Source: Myxococcales bacterium
Lineage (GTDB): Bacteria > Myxococcota_A > UBA9042
NCBI GenBank assembly: GCA_947491025.1
Contig: CANLIC010000014.1
Coordinates: 2,936-66,935, forward strand
DNA length: 64,000 bases
Direction: 5' to 3'
A program made the position numbers and the translations under genes. A model generated the notes under the pieces. That model was not told the origin of the DNA and made no database searches. It worked only from the letters and a program-made list of their open reading frames with translations. Of the stretch, positions 17,912 to 27,478 are shown piece by piece (position 1 is the stretch's first letter; every line of letters starts with the position of its first letter).

Positions 17912-19135
17912 ATGGCCGGCGGCATAGACGACAAGCGCGGAGCAGGTGGCAAGACAGGTGCCGGTCGCGGCGCTGCGCCAGCACCGGAGCGCGCGGCAGG
18001 CGTACGCGCGAAAGCGGCCAGACGCCCGGGCGGCACCAAGCCCAAGGCTGCGGCCGCGGCAGACAAAGACTTGGTGGGCGGCGAGCGGCTCCAGCGATTC
18101 TTGTCGCGCTGCGGTGTGGCGTCGCGCCGGGCCGCTGAAGAGTGGATCGTCCAAGGCCGCATCGAGGTCAACGGCGAGGTCGTCACCACGCTCGGCACCC
18201 GCGTGGTGCCGGGTCGCGACGAGGTGCGCGTCGACGGCGAGCGGGTGCGCACCCCGAGCTCGAGCGTTGTGCTGCTGCTCAACAAGCCGGTCGGCGTGCT
18301 TTGTTCGCGCGAGGACCCAGAGAGTCGGCCCTTGGTCTACGGCTTGTTGCCGGCAGATCCGGCGTTGCGCAGCATCGGACGCCTCGACTTTCATACCGAG
18401 GGCGTACTGCTCTTCACCAACGACGGCGACCTCGCGGAGCGGTTGGCCCACCCGCGCTTTGGCATCGAGCGCACCTACGAGGCGCGGGTCCGCGGCCTGC
18501 CGGGCCCCGAGACGCTGGCGCGCCTGGTTCGCGGAGTGATCCTCGAAGACGGCCCAGCGCGCGTGCTGTCCGCAGAGGTGACGCGGCAAACCGATCGCAA
18601 CGCCTGGATCAAGTTGACGCTGCAGGAGGGCCGTAACCGCGAGGTGCGCCGCATCCTGGAGCGCGTCGGCCACCCGGTGATGCGCCTGCGCCGCGTGCGT
18701 TTCGCCGGTCTCGGCATCGGCAAGCTCAAGCCGGGTCAGTGGCGCCTGCTCGAGGAGTCCGAGATCGAGGCCCTGCAGGCGCGCGGCCACGTAGGCTCCT
18801 TCGATCTGCCGCCGGACCCGCGCAAGCGCCTGGTGCAAGCCGCCGGCCTCGCCGAGACCGCACAGGCGCCGCGCCGCCGCGAGCTGCCGCCGCTGCCCAA
18901 GCCGCCGCGCGAGCGGACGCCGTCGCCGGCAGCGCCGACCCGGGGCGGAAAGCCGCGCGACCGGGTCCCGGCGCCCGCTGCACCGACCCGTGGCGGCAAC
19001 TCGCGCGACCGAGCCGCGGCGCCCGCTGCACCGACCCGTGGCGGCAATGCGCGCGACCGGGCCCCAGCCCCGCCTGCGCCGACCCGAGGCGGAAAGCCGC
19101 GGTCGAAGGCGCCGGCGCAGCGGAGGCAGCCATGA
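17912..19135 (+). CDS. rluB: 23S rRNA pseudouridine synthase RluB-type with basic N- and C-terminal extensions
   Basis: It has an S4 domain (LQRFLSRCGVASRRAAEEWIVQGRIEVNG) and a catalytic GRLDFHTEGVLLFTNDG. The tail contains four PAAPTRGG(K/N)xRDR repeats. Confidence 0.9.
   Translation: MAGGIDDKRGAGGKTGAGRGAAPAPERAAGVRAKAARRPGGTKPKAAAAADKDLVGGERLQRFLSRCGVASRRAAEEWIVQGRIEVNGEVVTTLGTRVVPGRDEVRVDGERVRTPSSSVVLLLNKPVGVLCSREDPESRPLVYGLLPADPALRSIGRLDFHTEGVLLFTNDGDLAERLAHPRFGIERTYEARVRGLPGPETLARLVRGVILEDGPARVLSAEVTRQTDRNAWIKLTLQEGRNREVRRILERVGHPVMRLRRVRFAGLGIGKLKPGQWRLLEESEIEALQARGHVGSFDLPPDPRKRLVQAAGLAETAQAPRRRELPPLPKPPRERTPSPAAPTRGGKPRDRVPAPAAPTRGGNSRDRAAAPAAPTRGGNARDRAPAPPAPTRGGKPRSKAPAQRRQP
18926..19117 (+). 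repeat. Four tandem 48-bp coding repeats (16 aa, PAAPTRGGxxRDRxxA) in the RluB tail
   Basis: The units start at 18926, 18974, 19022 and 19070, all in frame. Confidence 0.85.
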
Positions 19136-20280
19136 TCCAACCGCAGCGCATCACCTGTGTCGTCGGGGCGCGGCCCAACTTCATGAAGGTCGCCCCGGCT
19201 TTCGAGGTCCTTCGCCGCCGCGGCCTGCAGGTGCGGCTCGTCCATACCGGCCAGCACTACGACGAGAAGATGAGCGAGGTCTTCTTCGACGACCTCGGCA
19301 TGCCGCGTCCCGACGCCTTCCTCAGCGTCGGATCGGGCAACCACGCGGTGCAGACCGCGCGGGTGATGGAGCGCTTTGACGCCGAGCTCGAGCAGTGGCC
19401 CGCCGACCTCGTGCTGGTCGCCGGCGACGTCAATTCCACGATGGCGGCGGCGTTGGTGGCGACCAAGCGCGGCGCAGCCGTCGGTCACATCGAAGCCGGC
19501 CTGCGTTCGCGCGACTGGCGCATGCCGGAGGAGCAAAACCGCGTCGTCGCCGACCACCTCTCGGACCTGCTGTTCACACCTTCGGCCGACGGCGACGCCA
19601 ACCTGCGGCGCGAGGGCATCGCCGCTCGTCGCATCCACCGGGTCGGCAACCTGATGATCGACTCGCTGCGCCGCCACGAGGAGCGCGCCCGGTCCTTGCC
19701 GACCCTCGCAGAGCTCGGCCTGCGGGCCGGCGACTACGCGGTGGCGACCCTGCATCGGCCGAGCAACGTCGACGATCCCGACCACCTGCGCGCCCTCATC
19801 GCTGCCCTCGGCGCCGTGGCGGGGCAGCTGCCGCTGCTCTTTCCGGTGCACCCGCGCACCCGGGCCCGCATCGACGGCCTCGGGCTCTTGTTGCCGAAGG
19901 GACTGCAGCTCGTCGAGCCTCTCGGCTACCTGCAATTCCTCGGCGTCATGGCGCAATGCCGCCTGATGCTGACGGACTCCGGCGGCATCCAAGAGGAGAC
20001 GACCGCGCTCGGCGTGCCGTGCCTGACCCTGCGCGACAACACCGAGCGGCCGGTCACCGTCACCGAGGGCACCAACCGGCTCATCGGCAGCGACGCGGCG
20101 GCGATCGGCCCGGCGGTGGCGCGGCTGCTGGCAGGGGATACGCCGGCAGGGCGGGTGCCGGCGGGCTGGGACGGCCAGGCGGCCGAGCGGCTGGCCGACG
20201 TCGTATGCGCGGGCTTTGTGCCGATGCTCGAAGACTGCGCGCCTGACGAGCTCGGCCCAGCCCAGGACGTTGGAGCCTAG
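19132..20280 (+). CDS. wecB: UDP-N-acetylglucosamine 2-epimerase (non-hydrolysing)
   Basis: The start has an ATGA overlap with the rluB stop. Motifs are GARPNFMK, HTGQHYD, VAGDVNST, HIEAGLRS and LTDSGGIQEE. Confidence 0.92.
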   Translation: MIQPQRITCVVGARPNFMKVAPAFEVLRRRGLQVRLVHTGQHYDEKMSEVFFDDLGMPRPDAFLSVGSGNHAVQTARVMERFDAELEQWPADLVLVAGDVNSTMAAALVATKRGAAVGHIEAGLRSRDWRMPEEQNRVVADHLSDLLFTPSADGDANLRREGIAARRIHRVGNLMIDSLRRHEERARSLPTLAELGLRAGDYAVATLHRPSNVDDPDHLRALIAALGAVAGQLPLLFPVHPRTRARIDGLGLLLPKGLQLVEPLGYLQFLGVMAQCRLMLTDSGGIQEETTALGVPCLTLRDNTERPVTVTEGTNRLIGSDAAAIGPAVARLLAGDTPAGRVPAGWDGQAAERLADVVCAGFVPMLEDCAPDELGPAQDVGA

Positions 20281-20282
20281 CG

Positions 20283-22067
20283 GTGGCGAAGCGCCTGCGG
20301 CCATGGCTGTCGCGCTGGACGATCGGCGGCCTTCTACTCGTCATCGCCGTGGCCATTGCCGCGACCCGCGGCCTGCAAGTGGCGGTCATCTCGGCCCCCG
20401 CTGCCGCTTCGACCCTGATTCCCGAGGACGCGCCGGCCTACGCCCATAGCGCGACGCTCGGCGCCCTCGCCGACGATTTGCAACAGCTCGGCGCCCAGTT
20501 CGAGGGCAGCGGCGGCCTGAGCGAGGCGGCCGGTGTCGCCCTCGGTCTGCAACGCCTGGATCGCGACGCGCTGGTGGCTGTCGGACTTCGTCCGGACGCG
20601 GGCGTGGCGGCCTTCGTCTACGACGGCGCATTCTGGCTCGCCCTGCCAGGAGTTGGCGAGGCGGGTGTCGCCCATATCCGGCGCACGCTCGAGCGGCGCG
20701 GTCTGGGCCTCGGTGAGGCGGCGCCCGGGCATTTTCGCAACGCCGCCGCGAATATCGACCTGCACTGGCTGGCAGGCGGCGCGCTGGTGCTGCGAGCGCC
20801 TCTGCCGCAGGCGTGGGCCCGCGCCCTGGGCGAGGGAACGGCCGATCGGGCGGTCGAGGCTGGCGCCGCGGCCGGCACTGCAGCGGGCAACCCAGCTGGC
20901 GCGGCGGCGGGAACGGCCACGGAGAGTGATCCCGTTGCCGGGCCGGCGCCCCTGCGGCCCTTCTCCGATGCACTGGCCGCTTGGCAGCAGAGCAAGCGCC
21001 TGCCTGCCCGGGCGGCGACCGGCCTCCACGCCGAGGTCCGCCTCGGCGCGGGCGACGCGCTGCGGCCCCGGCTGCGGGCGGCGCTCGGGCCGGCGGCGCT
21101 GCTCTTCGGCCGCGCGGTCGACGCCATCGCGGGTGCGCGCTTCGATCTCGATGGCCTCGGCGCAGCGCCGCACCTGCGCCTGTCGCTGCAGGTGCCAGAG
21201 GGCCTTGGTCGCGAGCTCGGCGCCTATCACCAAGACTTCCTGGCCGCCACCGAGGCTGTCGACCTCGGCGCCCTGCTGCCCGATGAGGTCGCGCTCCTGG
21301 TACGCGGCCGCATCAACCCGGCCCTGCTCGACATGTTGCCGACCATGTTGCGCGACCGCCTGCTGCCCAAGGAGCTGCTCGGCCGCCTCGACCCGGCGCT
21401 GGCCACCGTCGACGCTCGCGCGCTGCTGGTCGAGGCCCTCGACGGCCAGGTCTTCGGCGGCCTGCTCGGCATCGACGACGGTCTCGCGCTCGGCCCACAG
21501 CTCGGCGCCGACGTCGCTGCCCTGTTGCCCGCCGTCGGCGCATTTGTCGGCGTCGGTCTGCGCAGCGCAGAGGCGCGCGCGGCGCTGCAGCAGGCCATCG
21601 AGGCGGCGCTGGCGGTGGCGGGTCGAGCCGGCAGCCCGGTCACACTCGGCGCATTCCAGGGCCGCGCGTACCCGGGCACCCAGCCCCACGAATCGCCCGA
21701 GACCACGCTGCTCGGCAGCGGGCGGGCGCTTCTGGTGCTGGTCGGCGCCGGCGAGCGCGAGCGGTGGCAACGCGTCGCCGCGGGCAAGTTGCCGAGCGCT
21801 GCGGCCGCGGCGGCTTCTTCGCAAGAGCGCGCGGTGCTGCAGGGCCAAGGCGCCTGGTGGGCGGTGTCGAGCACGCTCGGGCGCGTAGTGCGCGCGGCGC
21901 GGCGGCGCGGGGTCCCTGAGCACTTCGTGCGCATGATCGCGTCGGTGTCGGCCGTGAGCGCCGGGCTCCGAATGGGCGAGGACGGCATCACGGTCGAGCT
22001 GGTGCTGCGGCCTCGCGGCGAGGGCAGCAAGGCAGGCGGCGCCGGGGTCCAAGGGGCCGCGCCTTGA
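20283..22067 (+). CDS. N-terminally membrane-anchored Ala/Leu-rich protein of unknown function
   Basis: GTG 20283 lies 2 nt after the wecB stop. There is one TM segment (WTIGGLLLVIAVAIAA). GC3 is high in this frame, and the antisense ORF is Arg-rich junk. The stop overlaps the ABC ATPase start. Confidence 0.6.
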   Translation: MAKRLRPWLSRWTIGGLLLVIAVAIAATRGLQVAVISAPAAASTLIPEDAPAYAHSATLGALADDLQQLGAQFEGSGGLSEAAGVALGLQRLDRDALVAVGLRPDAGVAAFVYDGAFWLALPGVGEAGVAHIRRTLERRGLGLGEAAPGHFRNAAANIDLHWLAGGALVLRAPLPQAWARALGEGTADRAVEAGAAAGTAAGNPAGAAAGTATESDPVAGPAPLRPFSDALAAWQQSKRLPARAATGLHAEVRLGAGDALRPRLRAALGPAALLFGRAVDAIAGARFDLDGLGAAPHLRLSLQVPEGLGRELGAYHQDFLAATEAVDLGALLPDEVALLVRGRINPALLDMLPTMLRDRLLPKELLGRLDPALATVDARALLVEALDGQVFGGLLGIDDGLALGPQLGADVAALLPAVGAFVGVGLRSAEARAALQQAIEAALAVAGRAGSPVTLGAFQGRAYPGTQPHESPETTLLGSGRALLVLVGAGERERWQRVAAGKLPSAAAAAASSQERAVLQGQGAWWAVSSTLGRVVRAARRRGVPEHFVRMIASVSAVSAGLRMGEDGITVELVLRPRGEGSKAGGAGVQGAAP

Positions 22068-22780
22068 GGCCACCGCTCATCCATGCCCGCCAGCTCAGCC
22101 GGGCCTTTGGCGAGGGCCCGAGCCGTGTCCAGGCGCTGGTCGACCTCGACCTCGACGTCGAAGCAGGCGAACGCCTCGCGATCACGGGCCCCTCCGGCGC
22201 CGGCAAATCGACGCTCCTCAACCTGCTCGGCGCCCTCGACGGCGGGTACCAGGGCACGCTGCAAATCGCCGGGGCCGAGTTGCACACGCTCGGCGATCGC
22301 CAGCTTTCTGCGCTGCGCAACCGCACGATCGGATTTGTGTTCCAGAGCTTCAACCTGCTGCCAAGCCTGGACGTGGCCGCCAACCTCGCGCTTCCCGCGG
22401 CGTTCGTCGAAGGCGGAGCGGCGGCCGGCGTCGACCCGGCCGCGGTGCGGGCGCGGGCGCTCGAATTGCTGGCGCGGGTCGGCCTCGACGCCAGCGTCGC
22501 GACGCGGCGCCCGCTCGAGCTGTCCGGCGGTCAGCGTCAGCGCGTCGCCATCGCCCGCGCGCTGCTGCTCAAGCCGGCGCTGCTGCTCTGCGACGAGCCG
22601 ACCGGCAGCCTCGACCGCGCCCACGCCGACGCCGTCCTCGATCTCTTCGAGGAGCTGGCCCGCGAGAACGGCAGCGCGCTGCTGATCGTGACGCACGACC
22701 CCCTGGTCATCGAGCGCCAGCCGCGCGTGCTGCACCTCGAAGCTGGTCGGCTCGCGCGCGACGAGCGGAGGCAGGCGTGA
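22064..22780 (+). CDS. ABC transporter ATP-binding protein (MacB/LolD/FtsE type)
   Basis: It has Walker A GPSGAGKST, the signature LSGGQRQRVAIARAL, Walker B LLLCDEPTGSLD and the H-loop IVTHD. Confidence 0.93.
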   Translation: MRPPLIHARQLSRAFGEGPSRVQALVDLDLDVEAGERLAITGPSGAGKSTLLNLLGALDGGYQGTLQIAGAELHTLGDRQLSALRNRTIGFVFQSFNLLPSLDVAANLALPAAFVEGGAAAGVDPAAVRARALELLARVGLDASVATRRPLELSGGQRQRVAIARALLLKPALLLCDEPTGSLDRAHADAVLDLFEELARENGSALLIVTHDPLVIERQPRVLHLEAGRLARDERRQA

Positions 22781-24639
22781 AGGTCCGCAGCCTCGCCAGC
22801 CTGGTCGCCACCAACCTGCGCAGCAGCCCCGGCAGCGCCGCCTCAGCCGTCCTCGGCGTCGCGCTCGGCGCAGCGTTTCTGACTTTCTTCATCGGCCTCG
22901 GCGAGGGTCTGCGCAGCCGGGTGCTCAACCGAATCTTGCCGGCCAACCAGATCGAGGTCGAGCCACGGTCGGTGCGCGTCTTCGGCGTCGCCGGCAGCCC
23001 GACCGGCGGCGATCTCGACCCGGCGCGGCTGCGACGGCTGCAGGGCCTGCCAGGCGTCGAGCGGGCCCTCGGCAAACAGCGCTCGGCCTTTCCGGCGCGG
23101 CTGTGGGGCGGCCGCCACCTCATCGGCTACGACCTGCACACCGAGGCCTTCTTCGACGGCATCCCCGACGCGCTGCTGCGGCCCGAGCTGGAGGCCTTCG
23201 AGCGCAGCCTCGACCTCGGCCGCCGACGCCGCGAACGCTGCGACGTCGACGACGACTGCCCGGCCGGCAGCCTCTGTGCAGAGGGCGTCTGCGCGGCCGT
23301 GCGCTGGGCCTCGCGCTTCGACAGCCGGGACGTGGTGCTGCGCTGCACCGCAGATGAGGACTGCCAGCGCGGCGAAGCATGCGCCGACGGCCGCTGCTCG
23401 CCCCGCTGCGGCGAGGACGACCCCGACGCGTCGCCTTGCCGCGCCGGCGAGCGCTGTCTGCCCGTGACCGATCAGGAGGGCGCCCCGGCGGGCGATGCCA
23501 AGACCCCTGAGGACCCACCCGCGGTCTGCCGCGCCCGCTGCCGCGGCGACAGCGACTGCCACGGCGCCGAGTCCTGCGACAGCAAGCCCGGCGGCGACGG
23601 CCTCGGGTTGTGCCGCGCCGTGCGTTGCCTGCTGCAGCGCCCCGAGGACGCACGCAGCCTGGAGCGGGGCGCCATGCGCGGTCAGCTCGCGGTGGCCTGC
23701 GATGCGGCTGGCGGGTGGTGCGGCCGCGGTGGGGGCTGCACGGGCCTCTCCTACTGCGCTGCGGACGCCCCGGGCGCTGTCAGCGGTCGCTGCGAGCTGC
23801 CGGTGCCGGTGGTGCTCAACCCCCTGCTCCTGGAGGTGTTCAACACCGACATGGCGGCCTCGCTCGGCATCGCCCGCGTGGCGGCCCCCGAGGCACTGCT
23901 CGGCGTGCGCTTTCATCTGGCCCTCGGCGACTCGCACTTCACGGCCGACGCGGCGCGCGACCGCCAGATGGTCCGGCAGGCGGTGGTGGTCGGCTTCTCG
24001 TCGAAGGCGCCCGAGCTTGGCGTCACGGCGCCGCTCGCCGCTGTCGCCGGCTGGAATGCGCGTTTCTCGGGCAGCGCGGCGGGCAGCCGCTACGATGGCG
24101 CGATCATCGAGACCTCGAGCAACGAGGCGGTATCGGCCACCATCGCCGAGGCCGAGGCGATGGGCCTCGAGCTCTCGCGGCGGTCGCGCACGGCGCGCAC
24201 GTTCGGCACGGTGGTGCTGCTCATCTACCTTGCCTTGGTCCTGCTGGCCCTGGTGGTGCTGGCGGTGAGCGCGCTCGGCATCGCCCACACCTTCGCCATC
24301 TTGGTGCACGAGCGGCGGCGCGAGATCGCGGTGCTGCGGGCGCTGGGCGCCACGACGCGCGCCATCTTCGGGCTGGTGCTGGTCGAGGCGATGCTGCTCG
24401 GCGCCGCCGGCGGCTTGCTCGGCCTCGGGCTGGCTCACGCCGCTTCGCTGGCCGTTGAGGCGGCAGCCGCGCGCTGGCTGTCCGAAGTTCCGCTGCTGCC
24501 CGACGCCTTCTTCGAGTTCCCGGTCTGGTCCTACGGCCTGCCGATCGCGGTCGGCGTCTTGTTCTGCGCCCTCGGCGCGGCCTGGCCGGCCCGGCGGGCC
24601 ACGCGCCTCGACCCGGCGACGGTCTTGAGCCAACCCTGA
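22777..24639 (+). CDS. FtsX/MacB-type ABC permease with a cysteine-rich insertion in the periplasmic domain
   Basis: TM1 (AVLGVALGAAFLTFFIGL) is followed by a large ectodomain and a C-terminal FtsX module (HERRREIAVLRALGATTRAIFGLVLVEAMLLG plus two TMs). The insertion at about nt 23236-23795 has 22 Cys by my count. Confidence 0.85.
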   Translation: MKVRSLASLVATNLRSSPGSAASAVLGVALGAAFLTFFIGLGEGLRSRVLNRILPANQIEVEPRSVRVFGVAGSPTGGDLDPARLRRLQGLPGVERALGKQRSAFPARLWGGRHLIGYDLHTEAFFDGIPDALLRPELEAFERSLDLGRRRRERCDVDDDCPAGSLCAEGVCAAVRWASRFDSRDVVLRCTADEDCQRGEACADGRCSPRCGEDDPDASPCRAGERCLPVTDQEGAPAGDAKTPEDPPAVCRARCRGDSDCHGAESCDSKPGGDGLGLCRAVRCLLQRPEDARSLERGAMRGQLAVACDAAGGWCGRGGGCTGLSYCAADAPGAVSGRCELPVPVVLNPLLLEVFNTDMAASLGIARVAAPEALLGVRFHLALGDSHFTADAARDRQMVRQAVVVGFSSKAPELGVTAPLAAVAGWNARFSGSAAGSRYDGAIIETSSNEAVSATIAEAEAMGLELSRRSRTARTFGTVVLLIYLALVLLALVVLAVSALGIAHTFAILVHERRREIAVLRALGATTRAIFGLVLVEAMLLGAAGGLLGLGLAHAASLAVEAAAARWLSEVPLLPDAFFEFPVWSYGLPIAVGVLFCALGAAWPARRATRLDPATVLSQP

Positions 24640-24764
24640 GGCATCTGGGCGGGGAAGCGGCGCCCCGGCGGCGCGCGCATCCGCAGCGAATGCTTGTGCC
24701 GGCGGAGAGATCTCTCTACCTTGTCGCGGTCCGGGCGAGGGGCGCGCCCGCGCGGAGCGAACTC

Positions 24765-26636
24765 ATGAAGCGCAATTCCACTTTGGCGACGACGTGTCTG
24801 TGGGTCTGCGGCGCGGCCATCCTGGTCATCGCCGGCTGCGGCAGCGAGGCCAAGCCGGGCGGGACGCCAAGCGGCACCGCTTGCGCGCTCGACTCCGACT
24901 GCCCTCAGGGCCAGACCTGCGTGCAGAGCGTGTGCAGCACGAAGTTCGCGGGCGGAGGGCTCAGCGACGCGACCGGCGGCAACGACGGCGGCGCCACCGG
25001 CACGACCGACGGCACGTCCGGCAGCGACGCGACGACTGGCGGAGATGCCACGACCGGCGGAGACAGCACGACAGGCGGCGACACCGCGACCGGCGGCGAC
25101 GCGACGACCGGCCCGCTGGGCCCTGGCGCCTGCAGCCACTGCGCCAGCGATTCCGACTGCAAGGCCACCGAGGCCTGCGTGCCGCTTCTGAACAACGGCC
25201 CAGACAAGGCCAAGCCGAACTTCTGCGTCAAGAAGTGCACCGCGGGTGCCGGCTGCGCCGCGGGCCTCTTCTGCGAGCAGGCGACGCAAGCCGCCCAGAA
25301 GTACTGCATCCCGCCGACCTTCGAGTGCGCCGGCTGCGCCGTCACGGGCTGCAAGACCGGCCAGAGCTGCGACTACACGGCCGCGACTCCTGTGTGTATC
25401 GAGGTCGGCGGCGCTTGCACCAAGTGCTCGATTCCAAAGGACTGTGGCGACGGCTTCACCTGCGTGAAGCAGGGCAAGGAGAAGGTCTGCGCGCCGGCCT
25501 GCGGGCCCAACACCGCGTGCGCCGCGGGCTCGGCGTGCGTCGCCTTCACCGCCGGCATTCAGGCCTGCACCCACCTCGCCGCCACCTGCGACTACCAGGG
25601 AACCGCCTCCAGCGCCTGCAAGGGCTGCCCCGACAAGTGCGTCGCCGGCGCCTGCGTCGAGTGCACGCTGGACAGCCACTGCAAGCCTGGCACCTGCGTC
25701 CCCGGCCAGTTCACCTGCACGAGCGAGACCTGCCCGTCCAACAAGCCGCACAAGCTCGTCACCGGCGTTTGCGTGGCCTGCACCAACGACACGCACTGCG
25801 CGGCCTCGGAGGTCGGACCGAAGTGCATCGCCAACGCCTGCGCCCCGGCCAGCCAGACCAACGAGTGCTCGGTGTGCAAGGCCCCCTACCCGGGCTGCGT
25901 CGAGATCAACGGCAGCTGGTCGTGCGTCGAGTGCTCCACCGACAACGACTGCGCTGTCAACGGCAAGGGCACGTGCAGCAGCAAGACCTACACCTGCTCG
26001 GCGACGACCAGCGGCGGCGGCCCGACCAGTGGCAGCTGCAAGTCCGACAGCGACTGCCCGGCTGGCACCACCGGCTTCGAATTGGCCTGCGACGTCGCGA
26101 CGGGCCTCTGCTACGACAAGAAGGGCCAGTGCGACAACATCGCAGCGTTCTGCAACGCGGCGGCGGGCAGCCTCTGCAAGCCCTTCGACGGCTTGGGCCT
26201 CGGCGGCGGTGGCGGCTTGCCGCAGATCCCCGGCCTGCCGGGCGGCGGCAGCGGTCCGGCAACCTCCGGCGCCGGTGTCTGCAGCTGCGGCGCGTCGTCG
26301 GGTGGCAGCGGCACCAGCGGCTGGGACGACTCGCTGTGCAAGCAGTTCAGCCTGACCAAGTGCAAGTGCGACGTCGACTCGACCTCCAAGGACTGCGACC
26401 CCATCGGCCTCGGCTCCTGCTGCCAGCAGAAGGGCGGCGGCGGCGGCGGCAACCCGCTCAGCCTTATCCAGTGCTTGCTGCAGGCCCAGACCGGCGGCAA
26501 GGCCGATCCGGCCTGCTTCGCCGGCGCGTCGTGCCTCGACATGAGCTGCCTGACGGCGGCGATGGGCGGCGGCGGCGGCAGCAGCTCGGGCGGCGGCGGC
26601 TACTGCAGCGCCGGCGGTGGCTTGCCGAGCCCGTAG
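24765..26636 (+). CDS. Hyper-cysteine-rich secreted lipoprotein
   Basis: ATG 24765 is followed by the lipobox LVIAGC and a Thr/Gly/Asp linker. Dozens of Cys fall in CxxDxDCxxGxxC and related spacings, and there is a Gly-rich tail. The antisense ORF is Ala/Arg junk. Confidence 0.8.
   Translation: MKRNSTLATTCLWVCGAAILVIAGCGSEAKPGGTPSGTACALDSDCPQGQTCVQSVCSTKFAGGGLSDATGGNDGGATGTTDGTSGSDATTGGDATTGGDSTTGGDTATGGDATTGPLGPGACSHCASDSDCKATEACVPLLNNGPDKAKPNFCVKKCTAGAGCAAGLFCEQATQAAQKYCIPPTFECAGCAVTGCKTGQSCDYTAATPVCIEVGGACTKCSIPKDCGDGFTCVKQGKEKVCAPACGPNTACAAGSACVAFTAGIQACTHLAATCDYQGTASSACKGCPDKCVAGACVECTLDSHCKPGTCVPGQFTCTSETCPSNKPHKLVTGVCVACTNDTHCAASEVGPKCIANACAPASQTNECSVCKAPYPGCVEINGSWSCVECSTDNDCAVNGKGTCSSKTYTCSATTSGGGPTSGSCKSDSDCPAGTTGFELACDVATGLCYDKKGQCDNIAAFCNAAAGSLCKPFDGLGLGGGGGLPQIPGLPGGGSGPATSGAGVCSCGASSGGSGTSGWDDSLCKQFSLTKCKCDVDSTSKDCDPIGLGSCCQQKGGGGGGNPLSLIQCLLQAQTGGKADPACFAGASCLDMSCLTAAMGGGGGSSSGGGGYCSAGGGLPSP
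25026..25115 (+). repeat. Five tandem 18-bp coding repeats (D-x-T-T-G-G linker)
   Basis: The repeats read gacgcgacgactggcgga / gatgccacgaccggcgga / gacagcacgacaggcggc / gacaccgcgaccggcggc / gacgcgacgaccggcccg. Confidence 0.8.
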
Positions 26637-26780
26637 TCTACAAGACCGAGGTCTCGGACCCAGCATTCGAAGTTCGTCGTCGCGAAGTACGGAATTCCCG
26701 TCGGCCCGTCGACACGCCAAGCGTCGCCGGCCCCCCCCCTGAGCCCCAGGCCTTCGCCCATGCCACCGACGCGGAGGAGC

Positions 26781-27431
26781 TCAGTCCACCTGGCTCACCG
26801 CCCGCGAACGGGCTGCGTGCTTGGCCTCGCGCGCTTTGCGGCGGGCCTCGCGCTCGGCCAGCTTCGCCGCGCGCCGCGCCTGAATGCGTTCGGCCGCAGC
26901 CCGCGCCACCGCCAGCTCGCGCTCGCGCCGCGCCTTTTCGATGGCTGCGGCGCGCTCTCGCGCCGAAGCCTCGCGGCGCTCGACGTAGGCGTGAAGCACC
27001 TCGGGCCGCGACCAGACCACCAGCGTCCGGCCGTCTTTGAGCGCCTCACCGGGCAGGAGCCCGTTGTCCTTGACGATCTGATCGGCGGTGGTGCCGAGCC
27101 CGAGGGCCAGCGCGGCGAGGCTGCGCTCGCCGGCGACGCTCAACTCCTGGCGGATGACGGCGCCCGCGCTGGTGCGAATCGCCATGGCGGTCGGCGGCGC
27201 CAACGAAGGGTGCGCGGCCATGCGCTCGACCTCGTGGCAGCCCAGCGCCGTCACCAGCGGCAGGGTCAGCGGCCACGCCAGCCGCACCGACCAGCGCCGA
27301 AGCAGCCACGACAGTACCGGCGACGATGCGCTCACCGCCGTCACGCCGCGTCCGCCATCGGCCCACGCGTGGGTCGCGCCGCTCGCCTGCACCATGGCCG
27401 CCCTCCTGCCGATCGATCCCGCTTTCAGCAT
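26781..27431 (-). CDS. LysM-domain protein with a Lys/Arg/Glu/Ala-rich C-terminal helix
   Basis: The LysM-like segment is LSVAGERSLAALALGLGTTADQIVKDNGLLPGEALKDGRTLVV. The tail is ERREASARERAAAIEKARRERELAVARAAAERIQARRAAKLAEREARRKAREAK. The start is uncertain: ATG 27431 or downstream. Confidence 0.6.
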   Translation of the reverse strand: MLKAGSIGRRAAMVQASGATHAWADGGRGVTAVSASSPVLSWLLRRWSVRLAWPLTLPLVTALGCHEVERMAAHPSLAPPTAMAIRTSAGAVIRQELSVAGERSLAALALGLGTTADQIVKDNGLLPGEALKDGRTLVVWSRPEVLHAYVERREASARERAAAIEKARRERELAVARAAAERIQARRAAKLAEREARRKAREAKHAARSRAVSQVD

Positions 27432-27478
27432 GGCAGCGCGCGTCCAGGGCGCCAGTTTTCGGCCGTGGCAGGCCTGCC

